From Oceanispirochaeta sp. (GTDB lineage Bacteria; Spirochaetota; Spirochaetia; DSM-2461), in NCBI GenBank assembly GCA_963663385.2, contig CAXXXD010000004.1:576001-640000 (forward strand): 64,000 bases of DNA, read 5' to 3'. Positions 9,405-19,875 of the stretch are shown here, one piece after another (the first letter of the stretch is position 1; each line of letters starts with the position of its first letter). Made by a program: the position numbers and the translations under genes. The notes below the pieces were generated by a model. The model was not told the DNA's origin and did not search any database. It worked only from the letters and a program-made list of their open reading frames with translations.

Positions 9405-12400
9405 ATGCCGACCCGAGAAGATATAGAGAGCTTTAAAAGTATTATTAACCAATGGGGGGATGAACCTGCGGTCCTTGCCGAAATGGGCGAGGAGATTGAG
9501 GATGTCACCCCTCCCGAACAATCTCTTGAAGAGTCCCTGGGAATGGACCAGTACGAAGGGGCAGATCTTTCTCTGGATGAGTTGCTGGGGCAATCCGGCT
9601 TTGAAGACGAGACACCCGAAAATGCAGAACCTCCCTCTGTTCCAGATGAGACAGAAGCTTCGTTCGATATGGATATGATGGCCGGTCTGGATGAGCTGTC
9701 AGATCTTGGCGGTGATAAAGAAAGCGTTTTTTCCGATGATCTTGGAGGCCTGGATGATCTTGGAGGCCCGGATGATCTTGGAGGTCCGGACCTGAGTGAG
9801 GCATCGGAAATCGGAGCCGGAGAAGAAGAAAGCCTTCTGGATGAGCTGGGGGAATTGGGCGGCCTGGATGATTTCGGTATATCAGAAGACAGGGAAGAAA
9901 CGGCTGATTCCGGTAATGAAGATGAAAGCAGTCTTCTTGATGATCTTGGGGATCTGGATGCTCTTGCATCTGCTGATGATCTGGAGGATTTTGGCGGACT
10001 GGGCGATCTGACTGCCACAGATGATCTTGGGGATCTTGGCGGGCCGGATGATCAGGGCAGCATCGAAGAACCGGAAAGCCTGGAAGACTTCGGGACAGAC
10101 GAGGATTTCGGCAGTCTGGATGAACTGGAAGATCTTGATAATCTGGACGAGTTGTCCGGTCCCGAGGATCTGGAAGGTTTCGGAGATCTTGAGATTTCCG
10201 GTTATGCGGAAGAACCGGAAGAAATCGAGGAGCTGACAGATCTGGACTCCGGTTCCGAAGAGATTGAAGAGCCCGAAGAGATAGATCTGAGCGATCTGGA
10301 GAGTCCCGCCGAAGGTATAGAACCGGGAGAGGAGATAGATCTGACGTCTCCCGAAGAAGAGATTCCCGAACTGGATGAACTGGATGAACTGTCCCTGGAC
10401 GGAGACAGTGAAGATGGGGGAATGCAGTTTTCTCTGGGAGATTTCGGCGAAGAATTCAACTTTCAGGAAGGCATCAATTTTGATGACGATATGGAAGCGT
10501 CCCTGGATAGTCTGGATACCCTGGATGACACCTTCCTTATGGAAGACCAGGAAGATCTGGAAACAGAAGAGGAAGAAGTCTTTCAGATATCCGAAGATGA
10601 TATGGAATCCGTTCAGGACACCCTCCGGATTCTTCCCCTTAATCTTAAACTGGCCATTCAGGATGCCCTGTCACAGGCTGACCTTACAAGCGAACGCTAT
10701 CAGAAACTGATTGAACTGCTCATCAGCGGAGGTTCTCCCCGCCAGATATCAGCTGAGTTCTTTAATATAAGCGGTAAGAAAATAGAGCTCCCCAAGGGAT
10801 ATCAGCGTCAGAGCGGAAGGGACTTCGAAGAGAAGAAAACCGGTTTCGTTTACCAGTTTCAGGAAAAAGGATGGCCCCTGGTCCGTCTTGTATCCCTTAT
10901 TCTGATTGCTCTTGGTTTTACAGTTTTTCTGACTTTTCAATTCCTTTACAGGCCTCTTCAGGCAATGGTCTATTATAATCAGGGTCTGGAGAAAATAGAG
11001 GAATTCGAGTTTGATGAAGCGGAAGATCTGTTTCGGAAGGCCTATTTCGGCTGGTCTATCGGAAAGCTTCTGGATATTGAGGGGTGGCCCTTAAAAAAGC
11101 GTTTTATTGATTATGCCGAAGCCTATGAAGAACAGAGGGAGTATGATCATGCCCAGGCCATGTATGAAGGTCTGATAGGGGAGTATGGCGAATACCTCAA
11201 GGGGTATCTGGCTTATGGTCGGTTTCTGACCGATGTCCTTGGAAACTATGAAAAGTCCTCGGAGATCCTTTCCATGGGATTGGATCAGGATATGTTCAAT
11301 TATGATCTCATGCTGGCTTCGGGTGATAACTACATGCGCTGGGCAGAAGAGGATCCTGCCAGACTGGAAGACGCCCGTTATCAGTATGCCAGCGTTATGG
11401 CCCGTTACAGGAACAGAGATGATGTTGTCCTGAGGATGCTGCGATACTTTATCGTACGCAGGGATGAACAGAATATCCGCATGCTGGGGAATATCTTCAG
11501 TACAAAGTCCTCCATCAAGGCCGATCCCTATTTTTCTTCGGAAACAATGGCCATGCTGGGCGGGTATTTTATCGATACGGGTGATGTTTCAGAGGCCAAG
11601 GATTTTCTCTTTCAGGCGGAAAAAATCAATAAAACAGTTCCGGAAGTACATTATCAGTTATCCCGTTATTTCAATAGAACCTATAATATGAATCAGGAAA
11701 AATCGGCGCTTCAGAAAGCAATGTACTATATGGATCAGAAGACTCTCCTTACGGGTTCGCAGATTTTTATGAAGATTGGAATTCACAGGAGACGGGGGGA
11801 AATCCATTTTCTTGAAGGTGATTATGATCTGGCGGAAAATGAATACACCGCAGGGATTCAGCTGCTGGAAAACGGTCAGGTCCGCGGCCTGATCGGGACC
11901 CGTTCCGAGGTTGGAGAGCTGTATGCGGATATGGGGAACCTTCATTATGATATACATGATGATCTGGGCGGTGCGCTGGAGTATTTTAAGAAGGCGGAAA
12001 AAAATCAGTTCTCAAGCGGCGACATCTCCTATAAAAAAGGGTATATCTATTATGATCAGAAAGCCTATGATTACGCTGTTCCGGAGTTTGAAAAATCCAT
12101 TGAAACAATGGTGGAGAAGAGGAATTCCCGTTATGCCCTGGCAAACACCATGGTAAAGCGGCAGAATCTCTTCGGGGCGCGGAATCTCTATAATGAACTG
12201 CTCCGTGAATTGAAACTGGAAGAGAGCAATTTACCCTATCTGGTTCCCGAAGAGATAATTGAACATCGGTCTCTGGTAAACTATTTTATTCTTGTCTATA
12301 ACAATCTGGGTTATGTGGAGTACCAGCTCTCGCAGAGAAGCCGGGATCCGGGCAGGCAGAGCCAGGCCCTGGTCTATCTGGCCAAAGCGGCGGATTACGC

Positions 12401-12563
12401 GGACCGTCTGGACCGGAATCCGGAAACGGGGATCCGTTCCCGTCCGGAAGACAGCCAGGTATTCCTCAATACCATGGCTCTGCTCAAACCACAGCCTCAG
12501 ACCGACGTATATATGCTGGATGATATCCCCCGGACGGCGGATAAGCTGATGGTGACCTGGTAG
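9405..12563 (+). CDS. flcA: periplasmic flagellar collar protein FlcA-like (acidic N-terminal region, TM helix, TPR region)
   Basis: MPTREDIESFK start, long D/E-rich linker, LPLNLKLAIQ motif, one TM (LVSLILIALGFTVFLTFQFLYRP), TPR-like C-terminal half; architecture as recalled for spirochaete FlcA. Confidence 0.75.
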   Translation: MPTREDIESFKSIINQWGDEPAVLAEMGEEIEDVTPPEQSLEESLGMDQYEGADLSLDELLGQSGFEDETPENAEPPSVPDETEASFDMDMMAGLDELSDLGGDKESVFSDDLGGLDDLGGPDDLGGPDLSEASEIGAGEEESLLDELGELGGLDDFGISEDREETADSGNEDESSLLDDLGDLDALASADDLEDFGGLGDLTATDDLGDLGGPDDQGSIEEPESLEDFGTDEDFGSLDELEDLDNLDELSGPEDLEGFGDLEISGYAEEPEEIEELTDLDSGSEEIEEPEEIDLSDLESPAEGIEPGEEIDLTSPEEEIPELDELDELSLDGDSEDGGMQFSLGDFGEEFNFQEGINFDDDMEASLDSLDTLDDTFLMEDQEDLETEEEEVFQISEDDMESVQDTLRILPLNLKLAIQDALSQADLTSERYQKLIELLISGGSPRQISAEFFNISGKKIELPKGYQRQSGRDFEEKKTGFVYQFQEKGWPLVRLVSLILIALGFTVFLTFQFLYRPLQAMVYYNQGLEKIEEFEFDEAEDLFRKAYFGWSIGKLLDIEGWPLKKRFIDYAEAYEEQREYDHAQAMYEGLIGEYGEYLKGYLAYGRFLTDVLGNYEKSSEILSMGLDQDMFNYDLMLASGDNYMRWAEEDPARLEDARYQYASVMARYRNRDDVVLRMLRYFIVRRDEQNIRMLGNIFSTKSSIKADPYFSSETMAMLGGYFIDTGDVSEAKDFLFQAEKINKTVPEVHYQLSRYFNRTYNMNQEKSALQKAMYYMDQKTLLTGSQIFMKIGIHRRRGEIHFLEGDYDLAENEYTAGIQLLENGQVRGLIGTRSEVGELYADMGNLHYDIHDDLGGALEYFKKAEKNQFSSGDISYKKGYIYYDQKAYDYAVPEFEKSIETMVEKRNSRYALANTMVKRQNLFGARNLYNELLRELKLEESNLPYLVPEEIIEHRSLVNYFILVYNNLGYVEYQLSQRSRDPGRQSQALVYLAKAADYADRLDRNPETGIRSRPEDSQVFLNTMALLKPQPQTDVYMLDDIPRTADKLMVTW
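9735..9790 (+). repeat. in-frame 18-bp tandem repeat (DDLGG[L/P]) within flcA
   Basis: gatgatcttggaggcctg/gatgatcttggaggcccg/gatgatcttggaggtccg. Confidence 0.8.
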
Positions 12564-12584
12564 GGGTCCGGAAATCCTGAAAAA

Positions 12585-12608
12585 AGGGGCGGTTTAAAAC
12601 CACCCCCT
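12585..12608. terminator. probable hairpin terminator between convergent flcA and ilvE
   Basis: ggggcggtt-taa-aaccacccc imperfect stem preceded by an A-tract (U-tract on the minus strand). Confidence 0.55.
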
Positions 12609-12647
12609 GTAATCGTCAGAATAAAACAGTATTATTACGGACAATTT

Positions 12648-13733
12648 CTAGGCTTTGACGGGAACCATCCAGTTGTAACGGTCTTCCAGAACGCCGTACT
12701 GAATTCCCTTCAGCTCATGGAGAAGGTTTAAGGTAAGTTCCCGGGGTGTGCCGTCTCCGAATTCCCTTCTTTTACCCTGATGGGTCAGGGAGGTAATCGG
12801 TGTAATGCCTGCTGCTGTCCCGGTTACAAAGCATTCTCCGCCGTTATCCAGAACTTCCTGAATGGACAGTTTTCTCTCTTCCACTTTAACGCCCTTGTCA
12901 CGGGCAAGCTGAATCACGCTTTTCCGGGTAATCCCGGGGAGAATGGTATCACCCAGGTCGGGGGTGACCAGTGTGCCGTCTTTGAGCTGGCAGAAGAAGT
13001 TGCAGGAAGATCCCTCTTCGATATACCTGCTCTCTTTTGCATCGAGAAAAATAGCTTCCATGTAACCTTCATCCCCGGCTTTCTTCTTTGCCAGAGCGGG
13101 GATAACGTAGTTGGCATCACATTTGATCCAGCCTGTTCCATTGGGCGTTGCGCGAATCATATCGGTTGTTACCGCATCAAAGTTTTCCGCCGAGAAATAG
13201 GCTGATACGGGGGTTGTCACAACAATAAGCCAGGGATTCCGGGAAAGGCCGACCCCGATACCGGGTTCGGACCAGGTAAAGGGCCGGATATAGACTGCCC
13301 CGGCTGAAAGAAAGTTCTCCTTTTCCCATTCAGGGTCGTAATTGATGGTAAAACCCAGTTCCGCATTCCGGGCGGGAACCCCCAGGATGGCGTCGATACA
13401 CAGCTTTTCATCCACGCCGGGCATATGGAGCCCCTCCATGGACCTTGCCATCCTTTTGGCATTTTCATCCGGACGGAAAACCTTCAGGCCTCCGTTTTTC
13501 TGGGGAAAGGCTTTTACTCCTTCGAAGCAGCCCATCCCGTATTGACTTGTATAGTTTACCAGAGGAAGATCGGGGAAAGAATTTCTCCTGTTCATCAGCG
13601 CAGTGTGTTCTTCTTCGCTCAGTCTGTTCTCTTCTTCAGGAGTCAGATGCTCCTGCTCAATAAAATCGCCTGTCCAGGATGATTCGTATTTCCCTACGTA
13701 GACCCATGGAAAGATAGACAGCTTGAAAGCCAT
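12648..13733 (-). CDS. ilvE: branched-chain amino acid aminotransferase (class IV PLP)
   Basis: YGMGCFEGVKA, FRPDENAKR, YIRP, IKCDANY, EEGSSCNFF, ILPGITRKS, TGTAAGITP; start MAFKLS after AGAGGAG. Confidence 0.92.
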   Translation of the reverse strand: MAFKLSIFPWVYVGKYESSWTGDFIEQEHLTPEEENRLSEEEHTALMNRRNSFPDLPLVNYTSQYGMGCFEGVKAFPQKNGGLKVFRPDENAKRMARSMEGLHMPGVDEKLCIDAILGVPARNAELGFTINYDPEWEKENFLSAGAVYIRPFTWSEPGIGVGLSRNPWLIVVTTPVSAYFSAENFDAVTTDMIRATPNGTGWIKCDANYVIPALAKKKAGDEGYMEAIFLDAKESRYIEEGSSCNFFCQLKDGTLVTPDLGDTILPGITRKSVIQLARDKGVKVEERKLSIQEVLDNGGECFVTGTAAGITPITSLTHQGKRREFGDGTPRELTLNLLHELKGIQYGVLEDRYNWMVPVKA

Positions 13734-13847
13734 AATCGTCTCCTCTGTACAAATATTCAATAATTAACCATATTATAATAGAAACCAGTATTAATCGACC
13801 ATTACCGGGGAAATAGTCCGGTTACAATAGGCAAAAAAGGGGAGTTT

Positions 13848-14912
13848 ATGGTAGATCATGTTGTTATTATGGCCGGAGGAGCAGGGAAGCGTTTATGGCC
13901 GGCCTCTCACGAGAGAAGACCGAAACAGTTTATGACTGTCCAGGGGAAATATTCCCTCTTCTGTTCTACCGTAAACAGGGCCGCCGCTTTGAATATCTCA
14001 GGTAAAATTGTTGTTGTCACCCATAAGGACCATATTGCGGCGGCAGTGGAAGATGCTGCCCGGCTGCCGGAGGGCATCCGGGAAAAACTGGTACTCCTGG
14101 CTGAACCGGAAGCCCGGAATACGGCCCCGGCTCTGGCCTTCGCCGCCTCCTGGCTTAAAGAACAGGGGGCTCGTTCCGATTCTTCAGTGCTGGTTCTGGC
14201 GGCGGATCATCTTATTCAGGATATAAAAGGATTTACAGCAGATGTGGAATCCGCTTCGCAGCTGGCAGCCAGGGGCTTTCTGGTTGTATACGGGATTCAA
14301 CCGGACTCCCCTTCTACTGGATATGGATATATTGAGGCGGGAGCGGAAGAGGCTCCCGGATACAGGGTCCTTTCTTTTAAGGAGAAACCGGATCTGAAAC
14401 GGGCGGAAGAGTTCCTTTCCGCAGGAAACTACTTCTGGAACTCCGGTATGTTTACCTACCGGCTGGATGTATTTGCCGGGGAGCTGAAGAAGGGGACTCC
14501 CGCCATGATCACTCCTTTTGAATCCGGTTTCCATTCACCGGTTGTCCGCGAAGATAATAAGATCTCTATTGTGGAGCCTGATAAGGATTTGAGTCTCCTG
14601 TATGCCACCCTTCCCAAAGATTCCATCGATTATGCCCTGATGGAAAAAAGCGGTAAAATCGCCATGGTTAAAGCCGGGTTCGACTGGAATGATGTGGGCA
14701 GCTGGGATGTTATTGCCGATCTGGCTCCTGAACCGGGAAAGGCTGTATTTGAAACAGGCGGCTGCGGGAACTTCGTCTACGGGGATATCCCCGTTGCCTT
14801 CTGCGGCGTGGATGATCTGATTGTTGTAATGGAGAAGGGGAAGCTTCTAATCTGTAAAAAAGGCGAATCCCAGCTGGTCCGGGAAGCCGCCGAGTTTTTT
14901 ACAAAGAAGTGA
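13848..14912 (+). CDS. manC: mannose-1-phosphate guanylyltransferase
   Basis: MAGGAGKRLWPAS...PKQF, EPEARNTAPA, TGYGYI, FKEKP, WNSGMF, SIDYALME, WNDVGSW; no C-terminal PMI cupin. Confidence 0.92.
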   Translation: MVDHVVIMAGGAGKRLWPASHERRPKQFMTVQGKYSLFCSTVNRAAALNISGKIVVVTHKDHIAAAVEDAARLPEGIREKLVLLAEPEARNTAPALAFAASWLKEQGARSDSSVLVLAADHLIQDIKGFTADVESASQLAARGFLVVYGIQPDSPSTGYGYIEAGAEEAPGYRVLSFKEKPDLKRAEEFLSAGNYFWNSGMFTYRLDVFAGELKKGTPAMITPFESGFHSPVVREDNKISIVEPDKDLSLLYATLPKDSIDYALMEKSGKIAMVKAGFDWNDVGSWDVIADLAPEPGKAVFETGGCGNFVYGDIPVAFCGVDDLIVVMEKGKLLICKKGESQLVREAAEFFTKK

Positions 14913-14922
14913 AAAGGCCGAT

Positions 14923-16803
14923 TTAACTCCTCCGGCGTTTTGTCAGAAGAACCACCGACCGCATCTCTTCCGGGGTGCGGGCTTTCATCCACTGATCATG
15001 GAACTCGGGATCCTGAAGGATCTGGGCAATGGACATAAGGGCTTTCAGATGGAAATTCCTCTCATCCTTCGTTCCCACCAGGCAGAAAGCCGTATAGACA
15101 ATATCGCCTGCTTCATTCCAGACAATACCGTGCTTATTCCGTACAAGAACAATATCGAAGGTATGTTCCCCTTCCAGAATAATATGGGGTATGGCATGGG
15201 GAACGGCTACGCCCGGATAGATAAGGGTTGAGGCCTGTTCCTCCCGGAGCTGCAGTTTCTCTTCCACTTTTTTCACATCTATGTTCCATCGACTGCCGAT
15301 GACGGTGGCTGCTTCGTGAAAAAACTCTTCCCGGCTGACTTTCCGGTCCATATCCATTATGGGGGACCGGCTTATAATGGTGTCGAACCGGTCCTCCTTT
15401 ATCTGGTCCCGCTCCCGGAGAATTGTAATCAGCTCCGCTTCCAGTCTGGCTTCATCCTCCACGATTTCCTTGTTTGTCAGGTCTTCCATCATATGGATAA
15501 AAGCAGATTTCTGGGAGTTTTCGGACCGGACATAGATGAAGTACCAGACAACAGACAGCAGAAAGAAAGCGCCTGTGAGAATCAGGGAAAGACGGCCCAT
15601 CTTCAGGATCAGGATGATATAAACAATTGCTCCTGCTATCTGCAGATAAGGGTAGAAGGGGGATTTAAAAGACGGACGGTATGAGACAATTTTACTTTGT
15701 CTCATAAGGATAACGGATATATTGACCATGGTAAACATAATAAGTTTCATGGTGGATGCCACTTTCACAAGGTCCTCAATCTCCAGAAAAGTGATACAGC
15801 TGATCATAAAGGCAGATGTCAGGAGAATGGACAGTACCGGAGTCTGATATTTTTTACTTACCTTCCCGATAAACGGAGGCAGAAGATTGTCCCTGGCCAT
15901 GGCCATGGGGCTTCTTGATGCGGCCATCAGACCGGCATTGGCTGTTGTGATAAAGGCCATCATGGCCGCCAGGGAGAGTATCACATAACCCGGACGGCCC
16001 AGAAATGTTTCCGCGGCGCTGGAGAGGGGAGTCAGGGTATCCTGCATTGCTTTCGACTGGAGTACTCCGATTGTCACAAAAATCGAAAGGAAGTAGAGAA
16101 GGGATACGACAAAGTAGGCAGAGAACATACCAACCGGGATGGCCCTTTTGGGGTTCTTGATCTCCTCCGCCATAGAGGCCACTTTGGTCAGTCCACCATA
16201 GGATATGAATATCATACCGGTTACCAGAATAATGCTGTGCATATTGCCTTTGGCAAAGGGCTGGAAATGGTGGACATCCACATGGGGGATTCCCAGTATG
16301 ACGAATCCTCCCAGTATGGTCAGAAGGATGGCAACCATGAAAAACTGAACCCTGCCGCTCTCCTTGACACTCACCAGATTCATAACTGTAAATACAAGAG
16401 TGCATCCTATCGCTATGATTTTAACCATATCGGGAGAATAAAACGGTATCAGCGGTTCCAGAAATACACCGATTCCCACCAGAGCAAAAGCACTCTTCAG
16501 AGAGAGGGAAAACCAGGAGGCGAAACCTGTAAATGTTCCGAACAGGGCGCCCAGACTGCGATTGATATAGAAATAGATCCCACCCGATTTGGGCATGGCC
16601 GTGGCCAGTTCCGCTTTGGAAAACATGGACGGAATAATGAAAAGAGATGCCAGAAAATAGGCTATAAGGATGGCCGGTCCGGCCTTTAAAAAAACAACGG
16701 CAGGCAGGACGAAAAGTCCCGAGCTGATCATGGCTCCCGATGCAATAGCGAACACTTCTTTCGTTCCCAGGGACCGGTGTAATCCGTTTTCGGCTGAACA
16801 CAT
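14923..16803 (-). CDS. APC-family amino acid permease fused to a C-terminal PTS EIIA (Fru/Ntr-type) domain
   Basis: GAMISSGLF, ELATAMPKSGG, EEIKNPKR, multiple TM helices; C-terminal REEQASTLIYPGVAVPHAIPH...HLKALMSIAQ; RBS AAGGAG before ATG 16803. Confidence 0.88.
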   Translation of the reverse strand: MCSAENGLHRSLGTKEVFAIASGAMISSGLFVLPAVVFLKAGPAILIAYFLASLFIIPSMFSKAELATAMPKSGGIYFYINRSLGALFGTFTGFASWFSLSLKSAFALVGIGVFLEPLIPFYSPDMVKIIAIGCTLVFTVMNLVSVKESGRVQFFMVAILLTILGGFVILGIPHVDVHHFQPFAKGNMHSIILVTGMIFISYGGLTKVASMAEEIKNPKRAIPVGMFSAYFVVSLLYFLSIFVTIGVLQSKAMQDTLTPLSSAAETFLGRPGYVILSLAAMMAFITTANAGLMAASRSPMAMARDNLLPPFIGKVSKKYQTPVLSILLTSAFMISCITFLEIEDLVKVASTMKLIMFTMVNISVILMRQSKIVSYRPSFKSPFYPYLQIAGAIVYIILILKMGRLSLILTGAFFLLSVVWYFIYVRSENSQKSAFIHMMEDLTNKEIVEDEARLEAELITILRERDQIKEDRFDTIISRSPIMDMDRKVSREEFFHEAATVIGSRWNIDVKKVEEKLQLREEQASTLIYPGVAVPHAIPHIILEGEHTFDIVLVRNKHGIVWNEAGDIVYTAFCLVGTKDERNFHLKALMSIAQILQDPEFHDQWMKARTPEEMRSVVLLTKRRRS

Positions 16804-16869
16804 AGGCTGAAACTCCTTTTCTCTCGGATACACCAATAATTATATACGATTTGGGGATTTTTCCTATTA

Positions 16870-18408
16870 TTACTTTCTGCCTGATCTGTTTTTAAATTCC
16901 GAAGGAGAACTCCCTGTGTATTTTTTAAAAAGCCGGGAAAAATAGTGCTGGCTGTTGCAGCCGACTTTATAGGATATCTCTTTTATGCTCAGCTGATCCT
17001 CTTCAATAAGTCTTATAGCTTCGTTGATCCGGTAGCGGGTCAGAATCTCCGGAAAACTGTGACCGGTTGATTTTTTGATTACCTTGCTCACATGAAACGT
17101 GGATAGCTTCAGGTACTCCGCCAGGTCTTCCAGACTGATGCTCTGGTGGTAGTTTTCCCTGATGAAATCTATGGCTTTCTGTACAACCGAATTCTGCCTT
17201 GATTCACCGGTACGGGATATAATAACTTTCATTTCCTCCAGATAATTCAGAAAAAGGTTTTTCCGGAGGGTGCGGTTATCCTTGTGATGAACGAAATCAT
17301 CCGGAGATATCACCGTTTCTTTCAATGTGAGGTAGGGGAGGCGATCCAGCAGCTTCTGCCGGATCTGTATCAGAATCTGAAAGGGAATCAGTTCCTTCTT
17401 CTGCTGTGTATCGTCTTCTATAAAGTACAGTTCCGAAAAAAGATGATCTGCCAGATCCCTGAAATCACTGTTCTGTTCAAGGAGTTTCTCCAGAAACAGA
17501 TCGGCAAAGGAATCTGTGGATATCCTGACAGGCTGGCGCCTTGTTCTGCTGTGAAAACAGATCCTCCGGTTTTTCCGGATGGCTTCGTTTAAAGCCGTCT
17601 GGGCCTCCAGGTAGCAGGTGTTCAATTCTTCAATCCTGCTGACCGGTGTTCCGGCTCCAATAATACAGGAACAGGACATACTTTCCATCAGATAGCTATG
17701 TACTGTTTTAACCAGATCCCTGTAATCCCGATCTTCCTTTTTTGCCAGAATGACAATTACGATTAGTCCGTGGACCAGATCCGACAGGTATTCAAGCTTC
17801 AGGTCCCGGAGTTTCAGGCGTATCCTGTTCAGGATGACCGGGCTGTCTCCTTCGCATTTGATAATCAGGATAAAGGATTCCTCCGGAGATAATCCAAGGG
17901 AGGAAAACCGGGCTTCCAGCCCTTTTTTATCAGCGCTGCCGGCAATCAGCTGAACAAGATCTCCCTTCAGAATCGGCTGCAGGTCTGTCAGCTGTTCCTT
18001 CAGCCGGCGTGCGGAGTCTACAGAATCCGATTCCCTGTCAATCTTGTCCATTACTTTTTCAATGGTTTGTCGGATTGTCGGTATATCGGAGGGCTTTATC
18101 AGAAAATCCTCCACCCCCAGGCGGATAGCCTGCTGGGCGTATTCAAACCGGTTATAGGAGGTAATAATTATGAATTTTGCCCGGACCCCCTGTTCCTGCA
18201 TCCTTTTGATAGTTTCCAGCCCGTCGATACCGGGCATGTTAATATCCATCAGGATAATATCCGGTATAAAATCCCTGAGTGATTCCAGTGCCTGAAATCC
18301 GTTTTCGGCGGTTCTTATATTATTCAACCGGGGTATATGCTTTCTCACAAGCAATGTTACAGCATCCCTTTCCAGAGGTTCATCTTCTACAATCAGGAGC
18401 CTGTACAT
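16870..18408 (-). CDS. two-component response regulator, REC + AraC HTH (YesN-like)
   Basis: VEDE, MDINMPGIDG, FLIKP; C-terminal AraC ISLEDLAEYL...YFSRLFKKYTGSSPSEF. Confidence 0.93.
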   Translation of the reverse strand: MYRLLIVEDEPLERDAVTLLVRKHIPRLNNIRTAENGFQALESLRDFIPDIILMDINMPGIDGLETIKRMQEQGVRAKFIIITSYNRFEYAQQAIRLGVEDFLIKPSDIPTIRQTIEKVMDKIDRESDSVDSARRLKEQLTDLQPILKGDLVQLIAGSADKKGLEARFSSLGLSPEESFILIIKCEGDSPVILNRIRLKLRDLKLEYLSDLVHGLIVIVILAKKEDRDYRDLVKTVHSYLMESMSCSCIIGAGTPVSRIEELNTCYLEAQTALNEAIRKNRRICFHSRTRRQPVRISTDSFADLFLEKLLEQNSDFRDLADHLFSELYFIEDDTQQKKELIPFQILIQIRQKLLDRLPYLTLKETVISPDDFVHHKDNRTLRKNLFLNYLEEMKVIISRTGESRQNSVVQKAIDFIRENYHQSISLEDLAEYLKLSTFHVSKVIKKSTGHSFPEILTRYRINEAIRLIEEDQLSIKEISYKVGCNSQHYFSRLFKKYTGSSPSEFKNRSGRK

Positions 18409-18409
18409 A

Positions 18410-19867
18410 TCAGTTTAAACCCTTTTGATCCCGGGGGAGCTGAAGGGTTATGCGGGTCCCGTCTCCGACTGTGCTTTCCATATGCAGTGTATAGGTATTC
18501 TTGAAATAGAGCTGCAGCCGTTCCCTTACATTGCTGATTCCTATACTGTCGGAGGGGAACTCATCTCCCCTGTTTATACGAATCAGCTGTTCTTCTTCTA
18601 TCCCTCTGCCATTATCTTCAATAATAATATCGAGGGTCTTTTGAGATTCTCTAACGGTAAGACTGATGACCGCATCCTCAATCTTATCCTTTATCCCATG
18701 GACAAAGCAGTTCTCCAGAAGGGGCTGCAGGATCATCCCCGGGAGCTTTATTTCGGGGATAGTCTCAGGGATATCCAGGGAGAGTCTGACCCTTTTGCCA
18801 ATCCGCCGCTGCTGAATTTCAAAATAGTAGCGTATGCACTGAAGTTCCTGTTCGAGGGTTGCTGTTCTTGTACTCATATCAAGACTGTAGCGCAAGAGTT
18901 CCGCCGTGCTGACCATCAGGCCGCTGGTCCGTTCCGCTCCCTCCAGGTAGGCCTGTTTGGATATCATGCTGAGTGTATTAAACAGAAAGTGGGGATTCAT
19001 CTGTCCCTGAAGGGCATTGAGGCGGGTTTCCGTCAGGAGTTTTGTTATTTTCAGATTTTCGTTTTCCTGTTCGATAAGCTGCTTTTCGATGATGGACTTT
19101 TCCTGAATCATTTCGATCTGATTCCGGATTTTATGTGCCATCTCATCAAAGGCATTCAACAGAATCCTGATTTCCATACTGTCGCTTTCTATGCTCTTAA
19201 TCTGAAATGTTCCTCCCTTGATTCTGTTTATATTGCTTATCAGTTTGTCTATAGGGCGGGTAATTCCTCTGATGGAGGCTATCGAGAAGGCGAGGGCAAA
19301 GAGAAAAAGGAATATAAAAATAAATACCGTAAGGGACATCCTGGTTTTCCAGGACTTCAGAATAAGGTCTTTTTCCCTGTTCATTTCGGATGTTATCAGT
19401 TTGGCGTAGGCCGGATAGGTTTCGTCTATGAGGAACCTGAGACGGTCAAAAGAGTCGTACTCCTTCTGGGCATTGTAGGCGGGATACTGTTCCAGAAGAA
19501 GCTGCATTTTTTCATGATATGTTTCCAGCATATTGCCAAGCAGGCCGAACCGAAAAGACAGGTCTCCCCTCCCCAGGGCTTTCAACTCCCGGATAGTCTC
19601 TCCCGCCTTCCCGTAGTACTCCAGAGACGCATCCCACTCTTCCCGGTTTTCCGTATAGATAAAATTTTTCAGATGGACATTCATAATCTCCACCTGATCA
19701 TAATAACGGGAAAGGTTGTCATAGAGGGTGAAGGTTTTTTTATACCTGCGCCAGGTGTCATAACTCTGCAGATTGCTGAAAAGAACAACACTGAACAGCA
19801 GGATGAATATGAGAGTAATAAAACGGATAAACCGTGCTTTTATGGTTCCGCCAGGCTTTAACTGCAT
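18410..19867 (-). CDS. sensor histidine kinase, HAMP + LytS/YesM-type His_kinase
   Basis: Two TM helices, LQGQMNPHFLFNTL, LQPLLENCFVHG, EDNGRG, IGISNVRERL. Confidence 0.93.
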   Translation of the reverse strand: MQLKPGGTIKARFIRFITLIFILLFSVVLFSNLQSYDTWRRYKKTFTLYDNLSRYYDQVEIMNVHLKNFIYTENREEWDASLEYYGKAGETIRELKALGRGDLSFRFGLLGNMLETYHEKMQLLLEQYPAYNAQKEYDSFDRLRFLIDETYPAYAKLITSEMNREKDLILKSWKTRMSLTVFIFIFLFLFALAFSIASIRGITRPIDKLISNINRIKGGTFQIKSIESDSMEIRILLNAFDEMAHKIRNQIEMIQEKSIIEKQLIEQENENLKITKLLTETRLNALQGQMNPHFLFNTLSMISKQAYLEGAERTSGLMVSTAELLRYSLDMSTRTATLEQELQCIRYYFEIQQRRIGKRVRLSLDIPETIPEIKLPGMILQPLLENCFVHGIKDKIEDAVISLTVRESQKTLDIIIEDNGRGIEEEQLIRINRGDEFPSDSIGISNVRERLQLYFKNTYTLHMESTVGDGTRITLQLPRDQKGLN

Positions 19868-19875
19868 AAAACTTA

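Noticed and set aside
18425..19861. 478-aa ORF antisense to the histidine kinase
   Set aside because: Shadow frame of a well-supported gene; no motifs or RBS. Similar long antisense ORFs recur throughout (3738-5012, 22183-23457, 25703-26710), consistent with codon bias
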